NCBI GenBank assembly: GCA_965205945.1
Contig: CBDBIB010000001.1
Coordinates: 288,001-352,000 of the forward strand
Direction of reading: 5' to 3'
DNA from: Bdellovibrionales bacterium
Lineage (GTDB): Bacteria > Bdellovibrionota > Bdellovibrionia > Bdellovibrionales > UBA1609
DNA length: 64,000 bases
Below are positions 19,003 through 27,265 of the stretch, in pieces. The notes beneath the pieces were generated by a model, which saw only the letters and a program-made list of their open reading frames with translations, was not told the DNA's origin and ran no database searches. Numbering within the stretch: the stretch's first letter is position 1; the number at the start of each line of letters is the position of its first letter. Both the position numbers and the translations under genes were made by a program.

Positions 19003-20145
19003 GTGCTAGTCTATTCTTATATGATAAGTAAGAATAAACAGCACAAGAAAATTAAAATTATTCAAGCATCAAAGCTAACATGGTTATACTATCTTTTACT
19101 TATGATTGGACTGCTTCAAGTTTATTCATCAAGTGCAATTTATGCAGCAGAAAAATTTGGTAACCCATATTTTTTTATTCAAAAACAAACTGTATTCGCT
19201 ATATTTGCTGGACTAATATTTTTTATTGCAGGTAAAATTTCTCCTCAAAAATATGCCCTTTTAGGAGGAGTACTTTTTGTTTCATCCTTACTCCTTTTAA
19301 TATTAACCCATATTCCTGGCATAGGTGTCACTATTGGTGGAGCAACACGCTGGATTAATCTGTCAAACGGTTTTCGTCTAGAACCGGGAGAGTTTTATAA
19401 AGTAGGATTTGGTTTTTTTATTTTTTGGCTTTTCTCATTTAAAGAAAAATATGAAGACATGAGTATTTGGTGGCCATTTTTTATAATTTTATTTGTATCT
19501 ATAGGGTTATTTTTAAAACAACCAGATTTTGGAAGTGTATTTTTACTTATACTTGGAGCATTAATAGTGGTGTTTTTATGGATTAGAAGCATTAAGCCAT
19601 TTTTGATTTTAGGAGCTCTTACAGGAGGAGGGCTTACTTTTTTTTTAACACAAGAATCTTATCGAATAGATAGATTTTTAACATTCTTAAACCCATGGAA
19701 AGATCCTCAGGGAAAAGGTTTTCAAGCCATTCAAAGTTTTGTGGCTTTTAAAAAAGGTGGTTTGTTTGGTGAAGGAATTGGTATGAGTCAGGCAAAATTC
19801 TTTTTTTTGCCTGAGGCGCACACTGATTTTACACTTGCTATTTTTGCAGAAGAGATGGGTTTTTTAGGAGTGTTTTTTCTTTTAATGTTTTTTATGGGAA
19901 TTGTTTTTATACTATTTAAAATTGCAAAAAATCAAGAGAACAACTTTAAGTTTTTACTTTTAAGCTACTATTTAGGGGGGCTGTTTTTTTTCTGCTTTTT
20001 TATTAATGCTTGTGTAAATGTAGGCCTAGTTCCAACTAAAGGTTTACCCTTACCTTTTTTAAGCTACGGTGGAAGTTCTTTACTTTCTATAACATTTTTG
20101 CTTGGTTGGTTTAGATCCTTAGAAAATAAGGCTAACCACCTCTAG
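19003..20145 (+). CDS. ftsW: SEDS peptidoglycan polymerase FtsW (likely start ATG 19021)
   Basis: GATRWI, QPDFGS, LPEAHTDF, PTKGLPLPFLSYGGSS. Confidence 0.92.
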   Translation: MLVYSYMISKNKQHKKIKIIQASKLTWLYYLLLMIGLLQVYSSSAIYAAEKFGNPYFFIQKQTVFAIFAGLIFFIAGKISPQKYALLGGVLFVSSLLLLILTHIPGIGVTIGGATRWINLSNGFRLEPGEFYKVGFGFFIFWLFSFKEKYEDMSIWWPFFIILFVSIGLFLKQPDFGSVFLLILGALIVVFLWIRSIKPFLILGALTGGGLTFFLTQESYRIDRFLTFLNPWKDPQGKGFQAIQSFVAFKKGGLFGEGIGMSQAKFFFLPEAHTDFTLAIFAEEMGFLGVFFLLMFFMGIVFILFKIAKNQENNFKFLLLSYYLGGLFFFCFFINACVNVGLVPTKGLPLPFLSYGGSSLLSITFLLGWFRSLENKANHL

Positions 20146-20503
20146 CTAAACCACAGTAAGCACAGTTGTTCCAGTCAAGCTCAAGCTCTTGCTTACATCT
20201 ACTACAAAGCGGGTCTTTAGCATCATGCCAATGGTCTTCTTTATGAATGATAATTTGCCCAATAATGATTAAAACAGGAATGGTAGTCATTATTTGTTTT
20301 ATAATAAAAATTACAGAACCTTCAATATATGCTGTATATGCTAATATACTAAAACCTACAGCAAGCAGCACATGATAAACCATAGATAAATCACGTACTT
20401 CTTTATGCACATGAATTTTCCAAATTTGAAACCAGTAACTTATTGAAAGAAGAAAAATTGCACTCCATGATAAAAATTGAACGAATGAATTTGTATTCTC
20501 CAT
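20132..20503 (-). CDS. SemiSWEET/PQ-loop-like 3-TM protein with C-terminal zinc ribbon
   Basis: YWFQIWKI..KEVRDLS pattern, three hydrophobic helices, CSRC...CAYC. Confidence 0.7.
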   Translation of the reverse strand: MENTNSFVQFLSWSAIFLLSISYWFQIWKIHVHKEVRDLSMVYHVLLAVGFSILAYTAYIEGSVIFIIKQIMTTIPVLIIIGQIIIHKEDHWHDAKDPLCSRCKQELELDWNNCAYCGLARGG

Positions 20504-20598
20504 ACCGTATTAAAGAATAAATGATCTTTCGTGTCTACTTAAATAGCATCATATGCTATTTAAATGCACAGTTAAGCTCTTTGCCTAGCCTAAAAGCT

Positions 20599-20787
20599 TT
20601 AAATTGTTTCTGATTTTAATAAACCTTTAGATTCAAGATATTTTATAACAACTACAACATCTAGATTTTCTTTCCCAATAGCTGAATCTATATATGTAAC
20701 AGTCTTGTTATCAGTATTAAAATTAATTTTCTCACCAAATGACTTTAAGAAATAGTTTTTAAAAAACTCTTTAAAATCAAACTCAAG
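20599..20787 (-). pseudogene. Start-less 62-codon open stretch, possible gene remnant
   Basis: LEFDFKEFFK...YLESKGLLKSETI* bounded upstream by a stop; identity not recognised. Confidence 0.3.
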
Positions 20788-21018
20788 TTAAAACTCTACT
20801 TTTAAATCACTCACAAAAAACATAATCATTTACAAATCTATGTTTATAAAATACTAAAGTACTTACAAAGAGTCCCCTGCAAAAGTAACACCTTAAGTTT
20901 AAACAAGATTCTTTACTTCACTTTTAAATACATTTAAATAATATTGTAAAGCTAGAAAAAAATAGCGCTGCTTTAAAAAATCTAATTCGTCCCTAACATA
21001 AAAAAGATTTAACGGCCT

Positions 21019-21531
21019 TTAAGACCACCAGTTTTTAAAAGAAGTGATATTAAGTCTTTTTAAAAAATGATCCACATCTTTTTTATAGACTTTTACAGAA
21101 TTCGTAGAAGTCTCTTGTATTAAAATAGAATCTACAATTATAAAAGTATTATTTTTAAAAAGATTTTCAGCTTTTTTAAATAACAAAGAAGCAAGTACTT
21201 CAGTTGTTGGATCTCCAGGAGTTTCTTTAATTCTTAAGTTAGGATCAATAATATTTAAAGCTTTAATTAAAGGATCTTTTGAATTTAAAAAAAAGAAATG
21301 ATCAAGCTCTTCATCAACAAACCTTTTCCAATAATATTTTAGAATTTTAAAATCTTGAGTAAAGTTTTTTTCTAAATTGATTACCGAAGCTTTGTGGCTT
21401 AAAGAAAGCGTAACCCACCAAGAATGACCATGAGGGGTAGAACACTTAGTATTAGTGTTGATAAACCTATGAGCAGCTTCAAAACAATAACGAAATGACA
21501 AAATCATTTTAATACCTCGGTATAAGAACAA
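21019..21531 (-). CDS. queD: 6-carboxytetrahydropterin synthase QueD-like (PTPS-I)
   Basis: FEAAHR, CSTPHGH (CxxxHGH), LDH, PTTE, ET. Confidence 0.8.
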   Translation of the reverse strand: MFLYRGIKMILSFRYCFEAAHRFINTNTKCSTPHGHSWWVTLSLSHKASVINLEKNFTQDFKILKYYWKRFVDEELDHFFFLNSKDPLIKALNIIDPNLRIKETPGDPTTEVLASLLFKKAENLFKNNTFIIVDSILIQETSTNSVKVYKKDVDHFLKRLNITSFKNWWS

Positions 21532-21980
21532 GACTGTCCACGAGATTCTGAAACCTCCACTGTGTAACTATTAATTGGATATACTAAAAATGCTTTCTTA
21601 AGTTTTCCTGAAATAAAACTAGCAAGAGCTTCAATGGTGATGTTTTCAATGGGCAAAAAAGCACAGTCCACTTGTGGGAATGAGTAAATTTTTTGATCAA
21701 AGTAGACTTCAACCTTATCACAAGTCTTAATAATCTTTGTATAAGGATTTTCTTCAGCAATGAGAACTTTTTCATCAATTAAGGAGAGTAGCTGTTTGAT
21801 CTTAGTTTTAGGCTCATTTAGATCTACAATAAGACCATGAGAAAGGCGCTTACAGCCATCAAGGCTTATAGATACGTAATAATTGTGTCCATGAAGCATT
21901 TCAGCAGAATTTGATGAAAAAGTAGTAAAATGGGCACCTGAAAATTTAAAAGACTCTTTTGATAGTTTTAATGACCACAT
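21504..21980 (-). CDS. 6-pyruvoyl-tetrahydropterin synthase family, PTPS-III-like
   Basis: FSGAHF and AEMLHGHNY (ExxHGH, no Cys). Confidence 0.8.
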   Translation of the reverse strand: MWSLKLSKESFKFSGAHFTTFSSNSAEMLHGHNYYVSISLDGCKRLSHGLIVDLNEPKTKIKQLLSLIDEKVLIAEENPYTKIIKTCDKVEVYFDQKIYSFPQVDCAFLPIENITIEALASFISGKLKKAFLVYPINSYTVEVSESRGQSCSYTEVLK

Positions 21981-22064
21981 AAAAAAGGTGTAACATTTTT
22001 AACTCTAAGGTCAAACTCAAGACAAAGCTTTAAGCTATGGAAAAACTATTATAAGTTTTTTTAT

Positions 22065-23204
22065 ATGAAAAATATAGTAATGCCAGCCTTTATGATCGGT
22101 GATGAATTTGATACTGAAGTCTTAAGGGTTTCAGCTAATGGGGGTAGAGGCGTGGCTAAGCATGAAGGTTTAGTGGTTTTTATCCCCAACACAGCTCCTG
22201 GGGATCTTGTTAAGGTTAAAGTTACAAAAGTTCAAAAAAACTTTATCGAAGCTAAGATGATCAAACTTAAAAAACCTTCTAAATCGCGTATAACCCCAGC
22301 CTGCCCCGTTTTTGAAGAATGTGGTGGCTGCAGCCTGCAAATGCTTAAAATATCTGAGCAGCATCGTCAAAAAGAAGGATTCTTAAACTTTACAGTTAAA
22401 TCGGTATTTAAAAATCAGAAAGGTATTAAAGACTTAAAGATTGAGCCCATTAAAGGGACTCCAAAGGTATTTGGATATAGGAACAGAATACAGATTCATC
22501 AAGAAGGCAACCGCCTTGGATTTTATAAAAAAGGAAGCCATAAGCTTATTTGTATTGATAATTGTTTGGTTGCAGATGAGCGTATAACAGCTAAATTTCC
22601 AAAGCTTAAAAAGCAAAATTGTAAAAGAAGAGTTGAAATGGCTGTTAACCACTGTGGACAAGTGGTTCAAAGTGAAAAATCTTTAAGCATTGGACAAACT
22701 TTATTTAGTCAGGTGAATACTGATTTAAATAAAGCTCTTATTAAATATATTTTAGTTGAAGCTCAAAGTATAGACAGACTTAAGTATATTCAAGATTTAT
22801 ATTGTGGTTCTGGAAATTTTTCTTTTCCTTTTGCAGAAAAATTTCCAGATTCAAAAGTTACAGCTGTAGAGCTTAATAAAGCTTCTGTGCAGACTGCTAA
22901 AGAAAAAAATGTATTAAAAAATCTAGAATTTATCGCAACCGACGTTTCTAAGTATCTAAAAACGGCTAGAAAGGCTGATTTAATTTTAGTGGATCCTCCT
23001 AGAAAAGGAATGGTAAAGGATGTTGTTAAAGTACTATTAGTCTTAAATGTAGAAAATATCTTTTATATAAGCTGTGATTTATCTTCAGCAGCTAGAGATT
23101 TAAGGCTATTAAGTGCAAAATATAAGCTTTTAAAGGCAAAGCCTTTTGATATGTTTCCACAGACAGAACATTTAGAATCATTTTTTAGGCTAAAACTAAA
23201 GTAA
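22065..23204 (+). CDS. rlmD: 23S rRNA m5U methyltransferase (RlmD/RumA-like, TRAM domain)
   Basis: TRAM N-terminus, CPVFEECGGC Fe-S motif, DLYCGSG, DPPRKG, YISC, DMFPQTEHLE. Confidence 0.85.
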   Translation: MKNIVMPAFMIGDEFDTEVLRVSANGGRGVAKHEGLVVFIPNTAPGDLVKVKVTKVQKNFIEAKMIKLKKPSKSRITPACPVFEECGGCSLQMLKISEQHRQKEGFLNFTVKSVFKNQKGIKDLKIEPIKGTPKVFGYRNRIQIHQEGNRLGFYKKGSHKLICIDNCLVADERITAKFPKLKKQNCKRRVEMAVNHCGQVVQSEKSLSIGQTLFSQVNTDLNKALIKYILVEAQSIDRLKYIQDLYCGSGNFSFPFAEKFPDSKVTAVELNKASVQTAKEKNVLKNLEFIATDVSKYLKTARKADLILVDPPRKGMVKDVVKVLLVLNVENIFYISCDLSSAARDLRLLSAKYKLLKAKPFDMFPQTEHLESFFRLKLK

Positions 23205-23223
23205 CTAACTTTTAATTAAATAT

Positions 23224-23379
23224 TAATCTTTTAAACAACTCATTAAAGGCAGTTGTTTTATCTACAATTAAAGATGGCTTTTTTTAAAAACAAGACATAG
23301 AATTTTTAATATGAAAGTTTTATTAACGGGTGCCACCGACTATATAGGTGGCTATATTGGAAGAAAGCTAGTAGAGCTT
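23224..23379 (+). repeat. 156-bp direct repeat, copy 1 (duplicated promoter and first 23 codons of the TIGR01777 gene)
   Basis: Matches 26181-26336 with 4 mismatches. Confidence 0.95.
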
Positions 23380-23612
23380 TCAACAAAGCTTTAAAAAGAA
23401 TCATAGTTTTTAGTAATAACAAAAAGGCTATACAGAGAGCCTTTCCCACAGAGTTTAAAATTGACCTAAACCGTAGGGTTGCCAGTATCTCTGGAGATAG
23501 AGTGACTTCCATTGAAGGCTTAAAAGCTCAACAGCACCAAAAAAATTAATAATTCTAAATATTTACACGGCATCAACCGTAGTTTAACTAAATCTAAGTA
23601 AACATACCTTAG

Positions 23613-23679
23613 GTATAGTTATAGAGAATTATATAAACTAATTTCTTGATAAAGTTTAATAAATTCGCTATAACTATAC
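23613..23679. promoter_or_regulatory. 27-bp inverted repeat operator overlapping the abiE sigma70 promoter
   Basis: Arms 23613-23639 and 23653-23679 match at 23/27; TTGATA-N17-TATAAC at 23646-23674. Confidence 0.8.
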
Positions 23680-23680
23680 T

Positions 23681-24472
23681 ATGAGTATAGATAAAAAGAA
23701 CAAATTAAACTTACTTTTCTCAAATTGGTACGATGGACAAATTAAAACCACTGGATGGCTAAAGAGCCATGGCTATAGTAATGCCCTCATCCAAAAATAT
23801 AAAAAAGGCCAATGGATAGAGCCTATTGGAAAAGGGGCTTACAAAAAGTACGGAGATTCTGTGAACTGGGTAAGCGTGCTCTCCTGCGTCCAGCAAGAGC
23901 TGAAGCTTGCTGTTCATGTGAGTGGAAAATCTGCTTTACAACTTTTAGGAAAATCACAATATATAGCGTTTGACCAAAAAAAAAAATTTGTCATAGGTAA
24001 TAAGAAAGAACTCTTGCCTTTTTGGGCTCAAAACTACAATGAAGATGTTTCTTTGGAGTACAAAGTTAAAAAGTTATTTAAAAAAGATCAATTCAATGAA
24101 AAGAATTGGGGCTACACGACTTTAGAACATGGAAGATTTTTTGTTATTTTATCATCACCAGAACGAGCTTTTCTTGAGTATTTAGATGAACTACCAAAAC
24201 TATACTCCTACTCAGAAGCCCTTGATCTTCTTGAAAATCTACCAACACTTAGAAGTTCAATCCTCCAAAATTTATTAGAAAGCTGTAGTTCAATAAAAGT
24301 AAAAAGACTTTTTCTACATTTAGCTGAAAAAATAAATCATCCCTGGTTTAAAAAAATTGACCTCAAGAAAATTAGTCTAGGAACAGGTAAACGCCATGTC
24401 TTCAAAGATGGGGTTTTCGATTCAAAGTATCTTATTACGGTACCAAAGGAATTAAATTATGAAGAAAGTTGA
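23681..24472 (+). CDS. abiEi: Type IV TA antitoxin AbiEi (AbiEi_3-like)
   Basis: wHTH N-terminus (WIEPIGKGAY), SSPERAFLE, CSSIKVKRLFL, LGTGKR. Confidence 0.9.
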   Translation: MSIDKKNKLNLLFSNWYDGQIKTTGWLKSHGYSNALIQKYKKGQWIEPIGKGAYKKYGDSVNWVSVLSCVQQELKLAVHVSGKSALQLLGKSQYIAFDQKKKFVIGNKKELLPFWAQNYNEDVSLEYKVKKLFKKDQFNEKNWGYTTLEHGRFFVILSSPERAFLEYLDELPKLYSYSEALDLLENLPTLRSSILQNLLESCSSIKVKRLFLHLAEKINHPWFKKIDLKKISLGTGKRHVFKDGVFDSKYLITVPKELNYEES

Positions 24473-25374
24473 TTTTAAATCAACGAGTAAAACTTCTCCT
24501 TCAAGTCCTTCCCTATGTTGCCAAAGAGACTTGCTTTGCCCTTAAGGGCGGTACTGCCATTAATTTATTTGTTAGAAATTTTCCAAGATTGAGCGTAGAT
24601 ATAGATCTTACCTACTTAGGTGACGAATCGCGAGACGAAGCCCTAAAAATAATAGAGCAAGCATTATATCGAATTCAAGCTGATATTGAAGATCACTTAA
24701 AACCTATTAAGGTTTTTTCTAGCTCAAGGAAAAATCAAGAAAATGATATAAAATTATTCATCGAAAAAAATGGGATTCAAGTTAAAGTTGAAGCAAGCCC
24801 TGTCATACGAGGAGTATTGCTTGAGACAAATACAAGATCGCTTGTATCAAAAGCAGTTGATGAATTTGAAATGGAGATGGATATACAAGTTGTAAGCTTG
24901 CCAGATCTATATGGCGGAAAAATAGCTGCTGCACTAAATAGGCAACATCCAAGAGATTTATTTGATGTAAAGCTTTTACTTGAGAATGAAGGGATAACTA
25001 CCCCTATCAAGAACGGTTTTTTGACCTATCTATTATCTCATGGCAGACCACCAAACGAAATATTAAACCCCACAAAACAATCCATGGAAACAGTTCTAGA
25101 ATCTGAATTTGAAGGTATGTCCTCTCTTTCTTTTACCTACAAAGATTTTGAAGATATACGAGAACAACTCATTTTAAAGATTAACAAAAAAATAACCAAA
25201 ACAGATAAAGATTTTCTAATCTCTTTCTTTCAAAGATCTCCTAAATGGGAACTATTTCAACACGATAATATTAAAGACTTACCAGCTATTAAGTGGAAGC
25301 TACTAAATATTGAAAAAATGAGCCTTCAAAAAAAAGAAGAGCAACTCAAAAATCTAAAAAAAATACTTAGCTAA
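24469..25374 (+). CDS. abiEii: Type IV TA toxin AbiEii (nucleotidyltransferase)
   Basis: FALKGGTAINLF, RLSVDIDL, GKIAAALNRQHPRDLFD. Confidence 0.92.
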   Translation: MILNQRVKLLLQVLPYVAKETCFALKGGTAINLFVRNFPRLSVDIDLTYLGDESRDEALKIIEQALYRIQADIEDHLKPIKVFSSSRKNQENDIKLFIEKNGIQVKVEASPVIRGVLLETNTRSLVSKAVDEFEMEMDIQVVSLPDLYGGKIAAALNRQHPRDLFDVKLLLENEGITTPIKNGFLTYLLSHGRPPNEILNPTKQSMETVLESEFEGMSSLSFTYKDFEDIREQLILKINKKITKTDKDFLISFFQRSPKWELFQHDNIKDLPAIKWKLLNIEKMSLQKKEEQLKNLKKILS

Positions 25375-25404
25375 TCTCGTAAAATAACAATTTTTAAATA
25401 AGGA

Positions 25405-25677
25405 GTGTATATGCACCTATTAATTATAGGTGCACTCTGCTTTTATGTTGTGGCTTTACCCACAGCAAAGGCAGACGTGCGCCATATTTCAACAAAAAAA
25501 GATCAAATTACTAAAGCAAGAACAGCATTAGGAATAGCTACGATTATTCAAGTACCCGATCGCCCTACAAGTGTTGTCATTGGAGATCAAAACTCTTTTA
25601 AGATTGAGTACTTAAACAAAGCAATCACAATTAAGCCACTGGTAGCTAATGCCAGCACGAATCTTTACATTTATACG
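25405..25677 (+). pseudogene. Truncated TrbG/VirB9-like conjugative transfer protein
   Basis: Signal peptide then TALGIATIIQVP...VVIGD...ITIKP...TNLYIYT. The rest of the listed ORF is antisense IS1595 sequence. Confidence 0.6.
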
Positions 25678-26180
25678 GCTCCTCTACCGCGCTTTTTAAA
25701 CCTAAAGCCACCAATAAAAGCTTCATCAACTTCAACCTCTCCACGCAAAAGACTCCGGTCCCCATGGACCATAGCGTTTCGAATTTTATGTAGAAGTAGC
25801 CAGGCTGCTCCATAACTTCCTAGACCCAGAATTCTTTGGAGGCTTAGTGCGCTTACTCCAGTTTTTTTGTGCAGTGATCCACCAGATTGCATAGAACCAT
25901 GTTTTAATCGGAAGTTTTGAGGACTCAAAAATAGAACCAACTTTGACTGAATTTGCAAAAAGACAAGTTTTACATTTGCAAAGTCTAGTTGAAATTAACC
26001 AGTATGTGTTGTTGCCACAGGCCTGGCATTTAAAGCCTTTACCCCAACGCTGCTCCTTAAGAAAAGCTAAGCAAGCGTCATCATCTTTAAAAATTTGATC
26101 AAATTCTCATAGGTTTTTAGAATACTTTAAGACTGATATGTTTAAAATACCCGGTTAGTGTAGTCAAATGCATATGCTGG
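25671..26180 (-). mobile_element. IS1595-family transposase pseudogene (5' half)
   Basis: Manual translation: EFDQIFKDDDACLAFLKEQRWGKGFKCQAC...CKTC...GSIFESSKLPIKTWF, then a frameshift at the T-run 25862-25868, then GVSALSLQRILGLGSYGAAWLLLHKIR...GEVEVDEAFIGG. In-frame stop at 26107-26109. Confidence 0.9.
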
Positions 26181-26336
26181 TAATCTTTTAAACAACTCCT
26201 TAAAGGCAGTTGTTTTATCTACAATTAAAGATGGCTTTTTTTAAAAACAAGACATAGAATTTTTAATATGAAAGTTTTATTAACAGGTGCCACCGGCTAT
26301 ATAGGTGGCCATATTGGAAGAAAGCTAGTAGAGCTT
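26181..26336 (+). repeat. 156-bp direct repeat, copy 2 (part of the intact gene)
   Basis: Matches 23224-23379 at an offset of 2957 bp. Confidence 0.95.
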
Positions 26337-27137
26337 GGTCATGAAGTGATCTCCTTAACTAGAAATAAAAATCAACAAATAAATTTTAAAACTAAACTAA
26401 TAGAACTAAAAGAGCTTTCCTTTGAAAAAGGCATAGAAGCAGTTATTCATTTAGCTGGAGCTTCTGTTGCAAATAAAAGATGGAGCACTAAATACAAAAG
26501 AATTCTTAAAAGCTCTAGAATTGCATTTACACATAAAATTTTAAGAGCTCTTGATTATGAAAACTTACAGGTTTTTTTACAAGCCTCAGCCACAGGGTAT
26601 TATCCAAGTTCTGGAGATAAAATCTTAAATGAAGATTTTGAAGCTGGGACTGGGTTTTTATCTCAACTGTGTTTTTCTTGGGAAGATTCAACCTCATTAT
26701 TAAGTTGTAGAAAAGCATATTTTAGAATTGGTATGGTTATTGGCTACAGCTCTCCAGCCATGGGAAAAATGAGCCCTCTTTTTAAGCAAAAAAGAGGCGC
26801 AGTTTTAGGAAAAGGAAATCAATATATGAGTTGGATTCATATAGACGACTTAGTAAAAATATTCACAAAAGCTTTAACTAACTATGATTACAAAGGTGTT
26901 TATAATGCTGTAACGCCAACCCCCATAAGAAATAAAGAATTTACAGATGAAATGGCAAAAGCTATAGGTAAGTCTGTTTTGTTACCTGCAGTACCAGCCG
27001 TTGTTCTTAAAATACTTTATGGTGAAAGATCTCAAATTCTATTAGATTCTCATAGGGTTGAACCTCGAAATCTTAAACAAAAAGATTTTAAGTTTAAATA
27101 TACTAATATAAAAGATGCTCTTAAAGCTTCAATCTAG
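26268..27137 (+). CDS. TIGR01777/YfcH-family NAD-dependent epimerase
   Basis: TGATGYIG, HLAG, ASATGYY, SWIHIDD. Confidence 0.92.
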   Translation: MKVLLTGATGYIGGHIGRKLVELGHEVISLTRNKNQQINFKTKLIELKELSFEKGIEAVIHLAGASVANKRWSTKYKRILKSSRIAFTHKILRALDYENLQVFLQASATGYYPSSGDKILNEDFEAGTGFLSQLCFSWEDSTSLLSCRKAYFRIGMVIGYSSPAMGKMSPLFKQKRGAVLGKGNQYMSWIHIDDLVKIFTKALTNYDYKGVYNAVTPTPIRNKEFTDEMAKAIGKSVLLPAVPAVVLKILYGERSQILLDSHRVEPRNLKQKDFKFKYTNIKDALKASI

Positions 27138-27265
27138 GGTTATTAAGTATTTAATAAAGTGTGGCAGTTAAGGTTGAGGAAAACAATAACTTTTAAAAAA
27201 ATAATATGTTAAATAAAAACAGGTTATAAGAATACTATAACAAAAAATTAAATGGGAGCTAAGGT

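Noticed and set aside
23379..23390. TTCAACAAAGC resembling an IS903 end at the left island junction
   Set aside because: Only 11 bp with no linked transposase; could be chance.
23306..23512. 68-aa minus-strand ORF
   Set aside because: It spans the repeat/island junction and is partly antisense to the duplicated gene start.
25405..25815. 136-aa ORF as an intact gene
   Set aside because: It is a chimera; the last ~45 codons are the reverse strand of the IS1595 remnant.
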